Assembly: GCA_963734535.1 (NCBI GenBank)
Contig: CAVTHS010000010.1
Span: forward strand, 288,001 to 352,000
Length of the DNA: 64,000 nt
From: an uncultured Chloroflexia bacterium
GTDB lineage: Bacteria; Chloroflexota; Limnocylindria; Limnocylindrales; CSP1-4
Reading direction: 5' to 3'
Part shown: positions 21,727 through 30,909 of the stretch, one piece after another
Numbering within the stretch: position 1 is the first letter of the stretch
Layout of the letters: each line of letters begins with the position of its first letter
Position numbers and translations under genes: made by a program
The notes under the pieces: generated by a model
What the model saw: only the letters and a program-made list of their open reading frames with translations
Databases searched by the model: none
Told to the model about the DNA's origin: nothing

Positions 21727-22053
21727 GACACGAGCCGGTCGGACGACGCTCACCCTTGGGCGATCATCCGTGGTCATGGCCACGGGCCGCGGTAGAGGAA
21801 TGCCGAAGGCGCCAGCCACTGCGCTCACCGGCATCCGGCGAGTGTGTCCGCCGAGGCGCAGGAACGGAATACCGCTTGAACCGTCCTCTCGGGCTGATCC
21901 CGTTCGCGTCGGGCCGGGTCTCGGTGCCATTGGGCACAGGGCCAGGGCCGAATCGCAGTATCGGGCGTCGATCCGGACGCATAGCGTGATGAGGCGGCGA
22001 ATCGCCAGCGCCGGTTCGACGTTGGCTGCCGCACCGCCTGGAGGGCTTCACGC

Positions 22054-22356
22054 ATGCTGCCGAACCGCAGGATCCAGGTCGCAGCCGGGATGCTCGTGGT
22101 GACCGGGCTGGTTGCCGGCTGTGGTGGAGGGAGCCTCGAGGCCGCAAAGGTCGCCTCGTTGGTCAAGTCCGAGTTCGAGGCGCAGACCAAGAACGTGGTT
22201 ACCGAGATCACCTGCAACGGTGGTGCGGCGGTGAGCGTCGGCTCGACCATCGAGTGCCAGGGCAAGGGCCAGAACGGCCACGCCTACAAGTTCGAAGTCA
22301 AGCTCAAGGACGACAAGGGCGCGATCGCCTGGTCGTCAACGGACCTCAATCCTTGA
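22054..22356 (+). CDS. small lipoprotein, DUF4333-like
   Basis: Lipobox VAGC; ITC...VSVGSTIECQ pattern. Confidence 0.7.
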   Translation: MLPNRRIQVAAGMLVVTGLVAGCGGGSLEAAKVASLVKSEFEAQTKNVVTEITCNGGAAVSVGSTIECQGKGQNGHAYKFEVKLKDDKGAIAWSSTDLNP

Positions 22357-22555
22357 CGTTGCTCCGGGCGCGGGTGGCGCGGTCCTTGCCTCCCCAGAAC
22401 CTGACCGAACGTGCGGATGAAGCCGCCCGGGTCGCCTGGGTGCGCAACCAGTTCGACCGGATCGACGTCGACGACAGGCCAGGGGAGGCCGCTGCCGCGT
22501 GGCGGACAGAGGGAAACGAGATCGGCGGTACAGCCGGTCGACCGTACTGAGTGAG

Positions 22556-22630
22556 TGGCTCCGGCGGTAGGATTCGAACCTACGACCAAGCGATTAACAG
22601 TCGCCCGCTCTACCACTGAGCTACGCCGGA
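22556..22630 (-). tRNA. tRNA-Asn (GTT)
   Basis: TCCGGCGTAGCTCAGTGGTAGAGC...CT-GTT-AA...GGTTCGAATCC...GCCGGAGCCA; full cloverleaf with encoded CCA. Confidence 0.98.
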
Positions 22631-22819
22631 GCGGAGGCGCCCGCCGCGGTACGGGCCGGGCGCGCATCGGGCGGCCGGGGCCGCGCCGGCCGGAAGAATA
22701 GCATGGGATCCGGGCGTCGAGGGCGCCGGCCCGGGGCGTCCGGCCACGCGGACCCTCGTGCACGGATCCGCCGGTCCGGCCAGCGCCGAGCGCCACCCGC
22801 CGGATGCGATACTCCGGGG

Positions 22820-23782
22820 ATGAGCCTGATGTCCGTGGCGGACCTCGCTGCGTCGCTCGGCGATCCCGGCCTCCGGATCGCCGACGTGCGCTGGTCGCTG
22901 GCGGCTCCGGGTGGCGGGCGCACCGCATACTCGAGCGCGCACCTGCCGGGCGCGGTGTTCGTCGATCTCGAGACGGTGCTGACCGCGCCCGAAGGGCCGG
23001 GTCGCCATCCCCTCCCCGACCCGGCCACATTCGCTGCAGCCATGGCGGCGCTCGGGATCGGGCGGGGTCATCGCGTGGTGGCATACGACGACGCCGGCGG
23101 GACCGTGGCGGCGCGCCTCTGGTGGATGCTCGACGCGCTCGGGCATGCGCGCGTCGCCGTCCTCGACGGCGGGCTCGGCGCCTGGCGTGACGCCGGGTTG
23201 CCGCTGACCGCGGACGTCCCGACCCACGCCGCGGCCGAAATGGTGGCGACGCCCGGCCCCGGTGTTCCCTGGCCGGGGACGATCGATCGCCCGACGCTGG
23301 CTGCCCGGTTGCGCGACGTGCGGCTCCTGGACGCCCGGGCTCCGGAGCGCTACCGGGGCGAGATCGAGCCGATCGACGGGATCCCCGGTCACATTCCGAC
23401 CGCCGTGAGCCTGCCGACGTCCGAGCTCCTGCGCGGAGACGGGCGGTTCCTCGCGCCGGACGCACTCGCAGCGCGGTTCGCGGTCGCCAGGGCGGCGGAT
23501 CGGAGCGGACCCGACAGGACCGCCCGGAGCGTGGGTGGTGTCTCGGCGACCGTGAACGGCACCGGGCCCGAAGGTGCCGTCCGCGGGCCGGTCGTCGTCT
23601 CGTGCGGCAGCGGCGTGAACGCGTGCCAGCTCGCCCTCGCGATGCGCGAAGCCGGGCTCCCCGATCCGCTCCTCTATCCTGGGTCCTACAGCGACTGGAC
23701 CCGCTCGGGCATGCCCATCGCGGTCGGCGCCGAGCCAGGTCAGCCGCCGGTCCCGAATCTGGCGCCGGGCGGCACGGGCTGA
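22820..23782 (+). CDS. tandem-domain sulfurtransferase (rhodanese, SseA/MST-like)
   Basis: HLPGAVF, GRHPLP, ARLWWML, DARAPERY, GHIP, CGSGVNA active loop, YPGSYSDW. Confidence 0.92.
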   Translation: MSLMSVADLAASLGDPGLRIADVRWSLAAPGGGRTAYSSAHLPGAVFVDLETVLTAPEGPGRHPLPDPATFAAAMAALGIGRGHRVVAYDDAGGTVAARLWWMLDALGHARVAVLDGGLGAWRDAGLPLTADVPTHAAAEMVATPGPGVPWPGTIDRPTLAARLRDVRLLDARAPERYRGEIEPIDGIPGHIPTAVSLPTSELLRGDGRFLAPDALAARFAVARAADRSGPDRTARSVGGVSATVNGTGPEGAVRGPVVVSCGSGVNACQLALAMREAGLPDPLLYPGSYSDWTRSGMPIAVGAEPGQPPVPNLAPGGTG

Positions 23783-23950
23783 CGGACCCACGGCCTCCGA
23801 CTCAGGGTCGGCGACCGTCGTGCGACGGTGGGGCCGGTCTCCGGGTCGAGGACAGCGCCGGGATCGGTCGAGAGCGGCGCCTGCCCCCGACGACCGCAGT
23901 CCCTGATTCGCGACCATTCGGCGTACGCGCGGCGATAGACTACCGGCGCG

Positions 23951-24919
23951 ATGCGCACGCCCGGACTCTTCACGCGGTATGCGGGGAACCCGATCCTGAG
24001 CGCCGCCGACATGCCCTACCGGGCGAACACCGTCTTCAACGCCGCGGCGGCCGGGATCGACGGCGAGAGCCTCCTTCTCATGCGCGTCGAGGACCTCCGG
24101 GGCATCTCGCACCTGACCGTCGCGCGCAGCGACGACGGCCGAACCGGCTGGCGCATCGACCCCGAGCCCACGCTGATGCCGGATCCCGATCATCACCCGG
24201 AGGAGGTCTGGGGAATCGAGGATCCCCGCATCACCTGGCTGCCCGAGCGAGACGAGTGGGCCATCGCGTACACCGCATTCAGCCGGCGTGGGCCGCTGGT
24301 GTCGCTCGCTGTGACACGCGACTTCCGGCATTTCCACCGTCTCGGCCCGGCGATGCCGCCCGAGGACAAGGACGCCGCGCTCTTCCCGCGCAGGATCGAT
24401 GGCCGCTGGGCCCTCATCCATCGCCCGACGCCGCTCGCCGGCCCCGCCCACGTCTGGCTTGCATTCTCGCCCGACCTGCGCCACTGGGGCGACCACACGC
24501 TCCTCTTGCCCGCGCGCGAAGGCGCCTGGTGGGACGCCGGAAAGATCGGGCTGGGACCGCCACCCCTGGAGACGCCCGAGGGATGGCTGATGCTCTACCA
24601 CGGTGTCCGCTCAACGGCGAGCGGCTCGCTCTATCGGGCGGGCCTCGCGCTCCTCGACCTCGAGGATCCGCGCCATGTCCTCCACCGAACGGACGAGTGG
24701 GTGTTCGGGCCGCAGGACTCCTATGAGCAGACCGGCGACGTCGGAGGCGTCGTCTTCCCTTGCGGCTGGATCCACGACCCGATCACGGATGAGGTCCGGG
24801 TCTACTACGGCGCGGCCGACTCAGCGATCGCGCTCGCAACGGCGACCCTCGCGGACCTCGTTGCATATGTCCGATCCTGCCCGCGGCCCGAGCACCGGCG
24901 GGTGGCCGAACGGCGCTGA
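23951..24919 (+). CDS. GH130-family glycoside phosphorylase/hydrolase
   Basis: NPIL, VFNAAA, GIEDPRIT, DKDAALFP, LIHRP, LYHGV, VVFPCG. Confidence 0.9.
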   Translation: MRTPGLFTRYAGNPILSAADMPYRANTVFNAAAAGIDGESLLLMRVEDLRGISHLTVARSDDGRTGWRIDPEPTLMPDPDHHPEEVWGIEDPRITWLPERDEWAIAYTAFSRRGPLVSLAVTRDFRHFHRLGPAMPPEDKDAALFPRRIDGRWALIHRPTPLAGPAHVWLAFSPDLRHWGDHTLLLPAREGAWWDAGKIGLGPPPLETPEGWLMLYHGVRSTASGSLYRAGLALLDLEDPRHVLHRTDEWVFGPQDSYEQTGDVGGVVFPCGWIHDPITDEVRVYYGAADSAIALATATLADLVAYVRSCPRPEHRRVAERR

Positions 24920-27285
24920 CGGAGCTCGCGCACCCGCTCGACCGAGAGGAGCCAGGCCAGCGTTGACTCGGCTCCCTGGTTCGGGTTCGCCCCGCTTGGC
25001 GCCAGGCCATCCCGACAGCCGCCCGTGCCCGGGTCGGCCAGCCAGATCCCGAGGTCGTTGGCGCCCAGGAACCAGCCCAGCGCTCGTTCGGCAGTGACCG
25101 CCCAGTGGTCGTCCCGGGTCGCATCCCACGCGAGCGCGGCCGCGGAGACGATCGAAGCGGGCTCGATCGGCTGCTGATCCCACGCGGCGGTCCGCGACCC
25201 GCGCGACCACCACCCGAGGTTGCCGATCGGCCGAATCCAACCGCCGGTTGTCGTCTCGGCCTCGACAAGCCAGGTCAGGACCTCGAGACCGAGGTCGACG
25301 GTCGCCGGACGGCCGAGCGCCGTCCCGGCCGCGATGAGCGCCTCCGGCAGGGCTCCGTTGTCATAGGTACAGCGCTCCTCCGGCCACGGCCAGCCCGGGT
25401 CGGCCCATGCGGCGCGCCGGATCGAGGTCTCGAGCAAGAACGCGAGCGGTTCCAGGTGTTCGGCCGCCATCGCCGCGGAGTCGGGGTCGGCGAGGGCCGC
25501 GGCGCAACCCAGGATCGCGTAGGCGCGAGGGCGGGCCCAAACCAGGGCGCGCGCGGCCGGGAGCGCCGCGGCGAGGAGCCCACGCGCGGCGACGGTCATC
25601 GACCGGTCGGGGCACCGGGCCACGGCCTCTCCCAGCGCGTGGATGGCCCGTCCGTGCGCGTCCTCGGAACCGACCTCGTCGAGCCAGGTCCCGTCCTGGG
25701 CCCGAAAGTTCCGGAATCGACCACGAGCCGGGTTGAAGGCCGCATCCAGGACCGCGAGGTCGTGACGGATCGCTACAGCCACCGACGCCCCGGGGTCGAC
25801 CTCCCCGTGCCGAAGGTCCACGCGGAGCATGCGAGCCACGTCGTCCGTGCAGGACCCGTCCCGCGGATCCGGCAACCGGCCGTTGGCGAACTGGTGGATC
25901 CCGATCGCGGTCCGGAGCTCGTCGAGGTGCCGGCGCGCCAGTGGCAGGTCAACCGGCGTCTGCGCCCGAGTCGCAGCCATGCGGTGCGCCGGGTGCCCGG
26001 CGTGCGCCGCCGTCGGGGCGGCCCGGGACCCGGCAGACGGGTCCGGCCACGGGTGCTCAACGGTCGCGGCCTCGTCCACGGCCCGCGCGAACAACCGGGT
26101 GTACTCGAGCGCCACATTCGGCCACAGCATGGAGCGCCCAAGTTCGCGGCCCCGCCGGCGAAGCGTTTCGCGCACCTCGTCGTCGGTCAGGATGGACGCG
26201 AGCGCGCTGGACAGCGCAGCGGGGTCCTCGAATGGGACCAGCACGCCGCGGCCGTCCCGAAGCAGCTCGCACGCGTGTGCGTATGGGGTCGATATGACGG
26301 CGGCTCCAGCCGCGAGCGCGTAGGCGAGCGTGCCGGACGACATCTGCTGCGCGTCCCGGTACGGGGTCACGAACACGTCGGCGGCCACGAGCCAGGCCGC
26401 AAGCTCCGGGTCGCCCAGGTATCGGTCCACGAAGCGCACCCGGTTGGCGAGCCCGAGCTCGCAGGCGAGCTCGCGGAGATCATCGCGGTAGCGTTCGCCG
26501 GACTGGCGCCGGACCTCGGGGTGCGTGGCGCCGACGACGGCGACCGTTGCGTCAGGCACCTGGTCCACGATCCGGTGCACGGCATCCAGGATGAGCTCGA
26601 TGTTCTTCGACGGGCCGAGCAGCCCGAAGGTCAGGATGACCTTGGCGCCATCGAGCCCGAGCTCTGCGCGCACGCGGGATCGTTCGACGCCACTGAAGTC
26701 CGGGACGCCGTGCGGGACCACCGCAACCCGATCGCCGTCGGCGCCATACCGCTCCACCAGGACGGAGCGCCCGCGTTCGCTGATCGTGACGAGCGTCGCC
26801 GAGCGAGCGGCGAGATCGCGGACGATCCGGGCCTGGCCTGCGGTGGGCCGGGCGAGAATCGTATGAAGGGTGGTCACGAGCGGGATGGACAGACGATCGA
26901 CGAGGTCCAGGACGTGGCGCCCATTGGGACCGCCGAACAGCCCGAACTCGTGCTGCAGGCAGAGGACCTCTGCGCCATCGGCGACCAGGTCCATCGCCAG
27001 GCGGCGATACGCGCCCCGATCGTCGGCCCGCAGCCGGTATCGGACCTCGGGCGGGTAGACAGGCGCGTCGACCGCCGGATCCAGGGCCGCAACGCTGATG
27101 GGAGCGTGGGGACCGGCGCTTGAGCGGAGTCCCTCCACCAGGTCACGCGCGAATGTCGCGATCCCGCACTGGCGCGGGACATAGGTCGACAGGACGACGA
27201 TGCGGGGCAGCCGGGCGGCCTTCGCCTGCCGTGCCCCGGTTGCGCCGGTCGGCCATCGACCAGGGCTCGTCCCGATCGCGTCCAT
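24805..27285 (-). CDS. GT4 glycosyltransferase fused to a C-terminal helical domain
   Basis: STYVPRQCGIATF, QHEFGLFGG, FGLLGPSK, SGTLAYA; C-terminal CTDD, SEDAHGRA, YDN, DQQPIE, NQGAESTLAWL. Confidence 0.9.
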   Translation of the reverse strand: MDAIGTSPGRWPTGATGARQAKAARLPRIVVLSTYVPRQCGIATFARDLVEGLRSSAGPHAPISVAALDPAVDAPVYPPEVRYRLRADDRGAYRRLAMDLVADGAEVLCLQHEFGLFGGPNGRHVLDLVDRLSIPLVTTLHTILARPTAGQARIVRDLAARSATLVTISERGRSVLVERYGADGDRVAVVPHGVPDFSGVERSRVRAELGLDGAKVILTFGLLGPSKNIELILDAVHRIVDQVPDATVAVVGATHPEVRRQSGERYRDDLRELACELGLANRVRFVDRYLGDPELAAWLVAADVFVTPYRDAQQMSSGTLAYALAAGAAVISTPYAHACELLRDGRGVLVPFEDPAALSSALASILTDDEVRETLRRRGRELGRSMLWPNVALEYTRLFARAVDEAATVEHPWPDPSAGSRAAPTAAHAGHPAHRMAATRAQTPVDLPLARRHLDELRTAIGIHQFANGRLPDPRDGSCTDDVARMLRVDLRHGEVDPGASVAVAIRHDLAVLDAAFNPARGRFRNFRAQDGTWLDEVGSEDAHGRAIHALGEAVARCPDRSMTVAARGLLAAALPAARALVWARPRAYAILGCAAALADPDSAAMAAEHLEPLAFLLETSIRRAAWADPGWPWPEERCTYDNGALPEALIAAGTALGRPATVDLGLEVLTWLVEAETTTGGWIRPIGNLGWWSRGSRTAAWDQQPIEPASIVSAAALAWDATRDDHWAVTAERALGWFLGANDLGIWLADPGTGGCRDGLAPSGANPNQGAESTLAWLLSVERVRELRQRRSATRRCSGRGQDRTYATRSARVAVASAIAESAAP

Positions 27286-27661
27286 CCGCCATCTCCTCGC
27301 ACGCCTTCGCGGTTCGGAAGGCGTGGCGTGGTCGGCGAAGTCAGCGAGTTCGAACCGGGCTCTGGTCCGAGACGGGAGTGCGCCGAGCGCCGCGCTTGGG
27401 CCCTCAACAGAGAAGGCCGGGCGGAGGTGTAGCGCCCGGCCACAGGGCACGCGGGCGGGGTGACCCCGCTTCACGCTGCCGGCTGCATCCAGCCGTACCG
27501 ATGGCCAATGCCGGATTTCATTATCCCACCGGGTGGAAGGGCAGGACCCGGGACCGGGACGTGTCGGGGCCGGGGACCTGTCGCGGCAGCGGACCTTCTG
27601 GCGCCGTGCCGACCCCGGCGAACCTGGTCGCGTAACTGGTCGATGAGGCGCCATCGTCATC

Positions 27662-28324
27662 ATGGCCTTCGTGGGAACGCGAAGCAGCGCCGCATCGTTG
27701 GGCGCCGATCGGGCACGACGACTCGTGGGCGAGCTGACCACGGAGCTGCGGCGCGCGCGCATCGATCGCTGTCTCAGCCAGGTCGAGGTCGGGCGTGCCG
27801 TTGGGTTGGGCGGGACCCAGGTGTGCCGAATCGAGCGCGGCCAATCGCCCGGAGTCTCGATCGTCGTGCTCTGCCGTCTCCTCGCGGCGGTCGGGCTCGA
27901 GCTGTCCGCGCGCGCCTACCCTGCCGGGGAGCCCATCCGCGACCGCGCCCACGCGGCCGTGCTCGGCCGGTTCCGAGCTCGCCTGCACGGCTCGCTCCGC
28001 TGGCGCCTGGAGGTACCGTTCCCGATCCCCGGCGACCTCCGGGCATGGGACGGATACGTCGATGGCCGGGGCTGGCGGGTCGGAGTCGAGGCCGAGACGC
28101 GACCGGGTGATCTCCAGGCGCTCCAGCGACGCCTGGCACTCAAGCTGCGGGACGGCGGAGTCGACGCGCTGATCCTGCTGCTGTCCGACACGCGCCACAA
28201 CCGCGAGCTCCTGCGTGCTCATGGGGACGAGCTCGTGGAGCGATTCCCTGTCCCGGGGCGCCGCGCGGTGGAGCTCCTCGCGGCCGGAGTCAGTCCGGGC
28301 GGAAACGCGATCGTCCTGCTGTGA
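27662..28324 (+). CDS. XRE-type HTH fused to a putative restriction-endonuclease-like (PD-(D/E)XK) domain
   Basis: LRRARIDRCLSQVEVGRAVGLGGTQVCRIERG (XRE HTH); C-terminal LEVP...AWD...VGVEAETR acidic motif on an alpha/beta pattern. Confidence 0.75.
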   Translation: MAFVGTRSSAASLGADRARRLVGELTTELRRARIDRCLSQVEVGRAVGLGGTQVCRIERGQSPGVSIVVLCRLLAAVGLELSARAYPAGEPIRDRAHAAVLGRFRARLHGSLRWRLEVPFPIPGDLRAWDGYVDGRGWRVGVEAETRPGDLQALQRRLALKLRDGGVDALILLLSDTRHNRELLRAHGDELVERFPVPGRRAVELLAAGVSPGGNAIVLL

Positions 28325-28372
28325 GATGCCCTGATCGTGGTGCCAGGCCCCGGTGCACGGCCAATGGCGCCG

Positions 28373-28483
28373 GGCGCCTTGCGGCCGTAGGTGCCCTGCG
28401 GCCGCGGTGCCTTGCGGCCGCGGTGCCTTGCGGCCGCGGTGCCTTGCGGCCGCGGTGCCTTGCGGCCGCGATCGCCTTGCGGC
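28373..28483. repeat. 16-bp tandem repeat array, about 7 units
   Basis: GGTGCCTTGCGGCCGC: four perfect copies (28406-28469), one 1-mismatch copy and two degenerate end copies. Intergenic, no spacers. Confidence 0.95.
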
Positions 28484-28739
28484 AAATGCATCATCCTGCT
28501 CGTCACGTAGCCCCAGGTCAGGCGAGGGCGTCAGGATCCTGCGCGTGGCGAAAGGATCTGCCCGATTCCACCTCCGTCGGGGCCGAAACCGCGCCGTCCG
28601 GCCCCCGACAGACGCCCCGGTGCCGGTCCTGTCGGTCGGAGCGTGCATCTGCCGCAGCGCTCGGTCGAATCCATGCGCCGGCTGCACCGAATCGACGAGT
28701 GGTCCAGCGAAACGGCAGGCAGTCTCGGCCTCGGCGCCT

Positions 28740-29156
28740 TTACTCCACGGGGACCAGGTGCACCGCGATCCCGTAGACCTCGCCGTCGCCGATGTCGCGC
28801 CGCGGGGCGATCGTGAGCCGCCACGACGACCCGCGCAGCGTGATGCGGCCCGCGAGGGGCCGGCCCTCGCGATAGGCGAGATCCATCAGCGCGAAGGCGG
28901 TTCGGGGCAGGTCGAGGAGCGCCTCGGCCGCCGGCAGCCCGACGATCCCCGCGCCGAAGAGCTCGCGGAACGGCGGGTTCCCGTGGACGACGACGTGGCC
29001 CCGGCCATAGAGAAGCCCGGCCGGGTGCTGGACCGGCGGACCGGTCCCGGCGCCCGCGGCAGCCGCGTCCCCGGCGATCGGCCCCGCGCCGTCCGGGGCG
29101 GCGGCGCCTCCCGCGGCACCCGCGTCTCCGGCGTTCGGCCCCGCGCCGTCCGCCAT
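28740..29156 (-). CDS. small PAS-fold-like hypothetical protein with Gly/Ala-rich N-terminus
   Basis: GGAG RBS 15 bp after the rpoD stop; [15 protein letters not shown]...[10 protein letters not shown]...LTIAPRRD...YGIAVHL resembles PAS_4. Confidence 0.6.
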   Translation of the reverse strand: MADGAGPNAGDAGAAGGAAAPDGAGPIAGDAAAAGAGTGPPVQHPAGLLYGRGHVVVHGNPPFRELFGAGIVGLPAAEALLDLPRTAFALMDLAYREGRPLAGRITLRGSSWRLTIAPRRDIGDGEVYGIAVHLVPVE

Positions 29157-29170
29157 CTCCGCCTGCTCCC

Positions 29171-30909
29171 CTATTCCAGGTAGTCCTTGAGCTTGCGCGA
29201 GCGGGACGGGTGGCGCAGCTTGCGGAGTGCCTTCGCCTCGATCTGGCGAATCCGCTCGCGGGTGACGTTGAACTCCTTGCCGACCTCCTCGAGGGTGCGG
29301 GCGCGCCCATCCTCCAGGCCGAAGCGGAGCTGCAGGACCCGACGCTCGCGGCCGGTCAGCGAATCGAGCACCGCCTCCACCTGCTCCTTGAGGAGCTGGT
29401 GCGACGCAGCCTCGGCCGGGGCCAGCGCACCCGCGATCCTCGATGAAGTCGCCGAGATGGGAGTCCTCCTCCTCGCCGATCGGGGTCTCCAGCGAGACCG
29501 GCTCCTGGCTGACCTTGATGATCTCGCGGACCTTCTCCGGGGTGACCACGACCTCCTGGCCCTTGGACATCGCCTCGGCGATCTCCTCGACCGTCGGCTC
29601 GCGGCCCAGCTCCTGGAGCAGCTGCCGCGAGACGCGGATGAGCCGGTTGATCGTCTCCACCATGTGGACCGGGATCCGGATGGTGCGGGCCTGGTCGGCG
29701 ATGGCACGGGTGATCGCCTGCCGGATCCACCACGTGGCGTACGTGGAGAACTTGAAGCCCTTCTCGTAGTCGAACTTCTCGACCGCCCGGATCAGGCCGA
29801 TGTTCCCCTCCTGGATCAGGTCCAGGAAGCTCATCCCGCGGCCGATGTACTTCTTCGCGATGGACACGACCAGGCGCAGGTTCGCCGACGTCAGCTGCTC
29901 GCGCGCGTCGCGGCCGATCCGCACGATCTCGCCCTTGCGGTGGGCGAGCTTCGTGTTGAGCGGGACCTCCGGGTCGTAGCCCATGCGCTTGAGCAGGTCG
30001 GCATCGTGGCCGCCCATGACCCAGCGCTCGAGCGCCGGGAAGGCAACCTCGTCGCGGGTCCAGTCGTAGATCGCCCGCAGGCCCACGTTGTCGCGCGAGT
30101 CGAGGTCCCCGTTGTGGACCGCCAGGTAGGCCCAGTCGAGCAGGGTGACGAACGAATCCGCGTCCAGCTTCTCGGCGTACTCGCCCAGGTGACGGCGCGC
30201 CTCCTTGAGGCGCTCCTTGGTGCCCTCCGACGCGACGTCGCGGCCGGCCTTGACCAGGTGGAAGTCCGGGTGCGGCACAAGGAGGTCCGCGGCGCCCTCG
30301 TCGGCGAGCGCCACGCGCACCATCAGGTGCGCCTCGTCGCCGAGCGGCAGGCGGTGCTGCGGCTTCGCGGTCCGGGTCTTGCGCTCGGTGTCGTGGAGCG
30401 TCCACTCGTGGAGGCTGACGATCGCCTTCGCGGGGGCCTCGACCATCCATTCGCCGAGCTCGATCGCCTTGGCCAGGACGATCTCCTCCTCGGCGGTCAG
30501 GAGGGCCACCTTTCCGATCTCCTTGAGGTACATGCGGACCGGGTCGTCGATCCCGATCATGTCGGCCGAGAGCGCCTCGAGCTCCTCCGCGGTGGGCTCC
30601 TCGAGCACCTTCGGGTCGAGCTTCGCGGGCACCTCCGGCACGGGCGCGTCCGCCGGCAAGCTCCGAGGACGCATCCCCGTTCCCGCCGGCAAGGTCGTCG
30701 TCGGCCACGACCAGCTCCGGGAGGCCCGGCTCCGCGCCGAGGTCCAGGTCGTCGTCCTCGTCCGCTTCGGGCACGATGACGGCGACCGCGCCGGCCGCCT
30801 TGCTCGCGGCATTGACGGCCTTCACCTCGGCGGCGGCGGCGCGGCGTCGGCGCGGGCTGGCGGCAAGCACCGCCTCCACCAGCTGGCGGTCCATGGGATC
30901 CTGGGTCAC
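29171..30909 (-). CDS. rpoD: primary RNA polymerase sigma-70 factor (apparent frameshifts near 29430 and 30670)
   Basis: [12 protein letters not shown] (1.2), [63 protein letters not shown]...[18 protein letters not shown]; coupled to dnaG. Confidence 0.95.

Noticed and set aside
28373-28483. CRISPR array
   Set aside because: Units are contiguous 16-mers with no spacers, and there are no cas genes.
28740-30812. RpoD fused to a C-terminal PAS-like domain (as in the 690-aa ORF)
   Set aside because: Artefact of the frameshift near 29430: region 4 continues in another frame to the stop at 29171, and the PAS-like gene has its own RBS and ATG.
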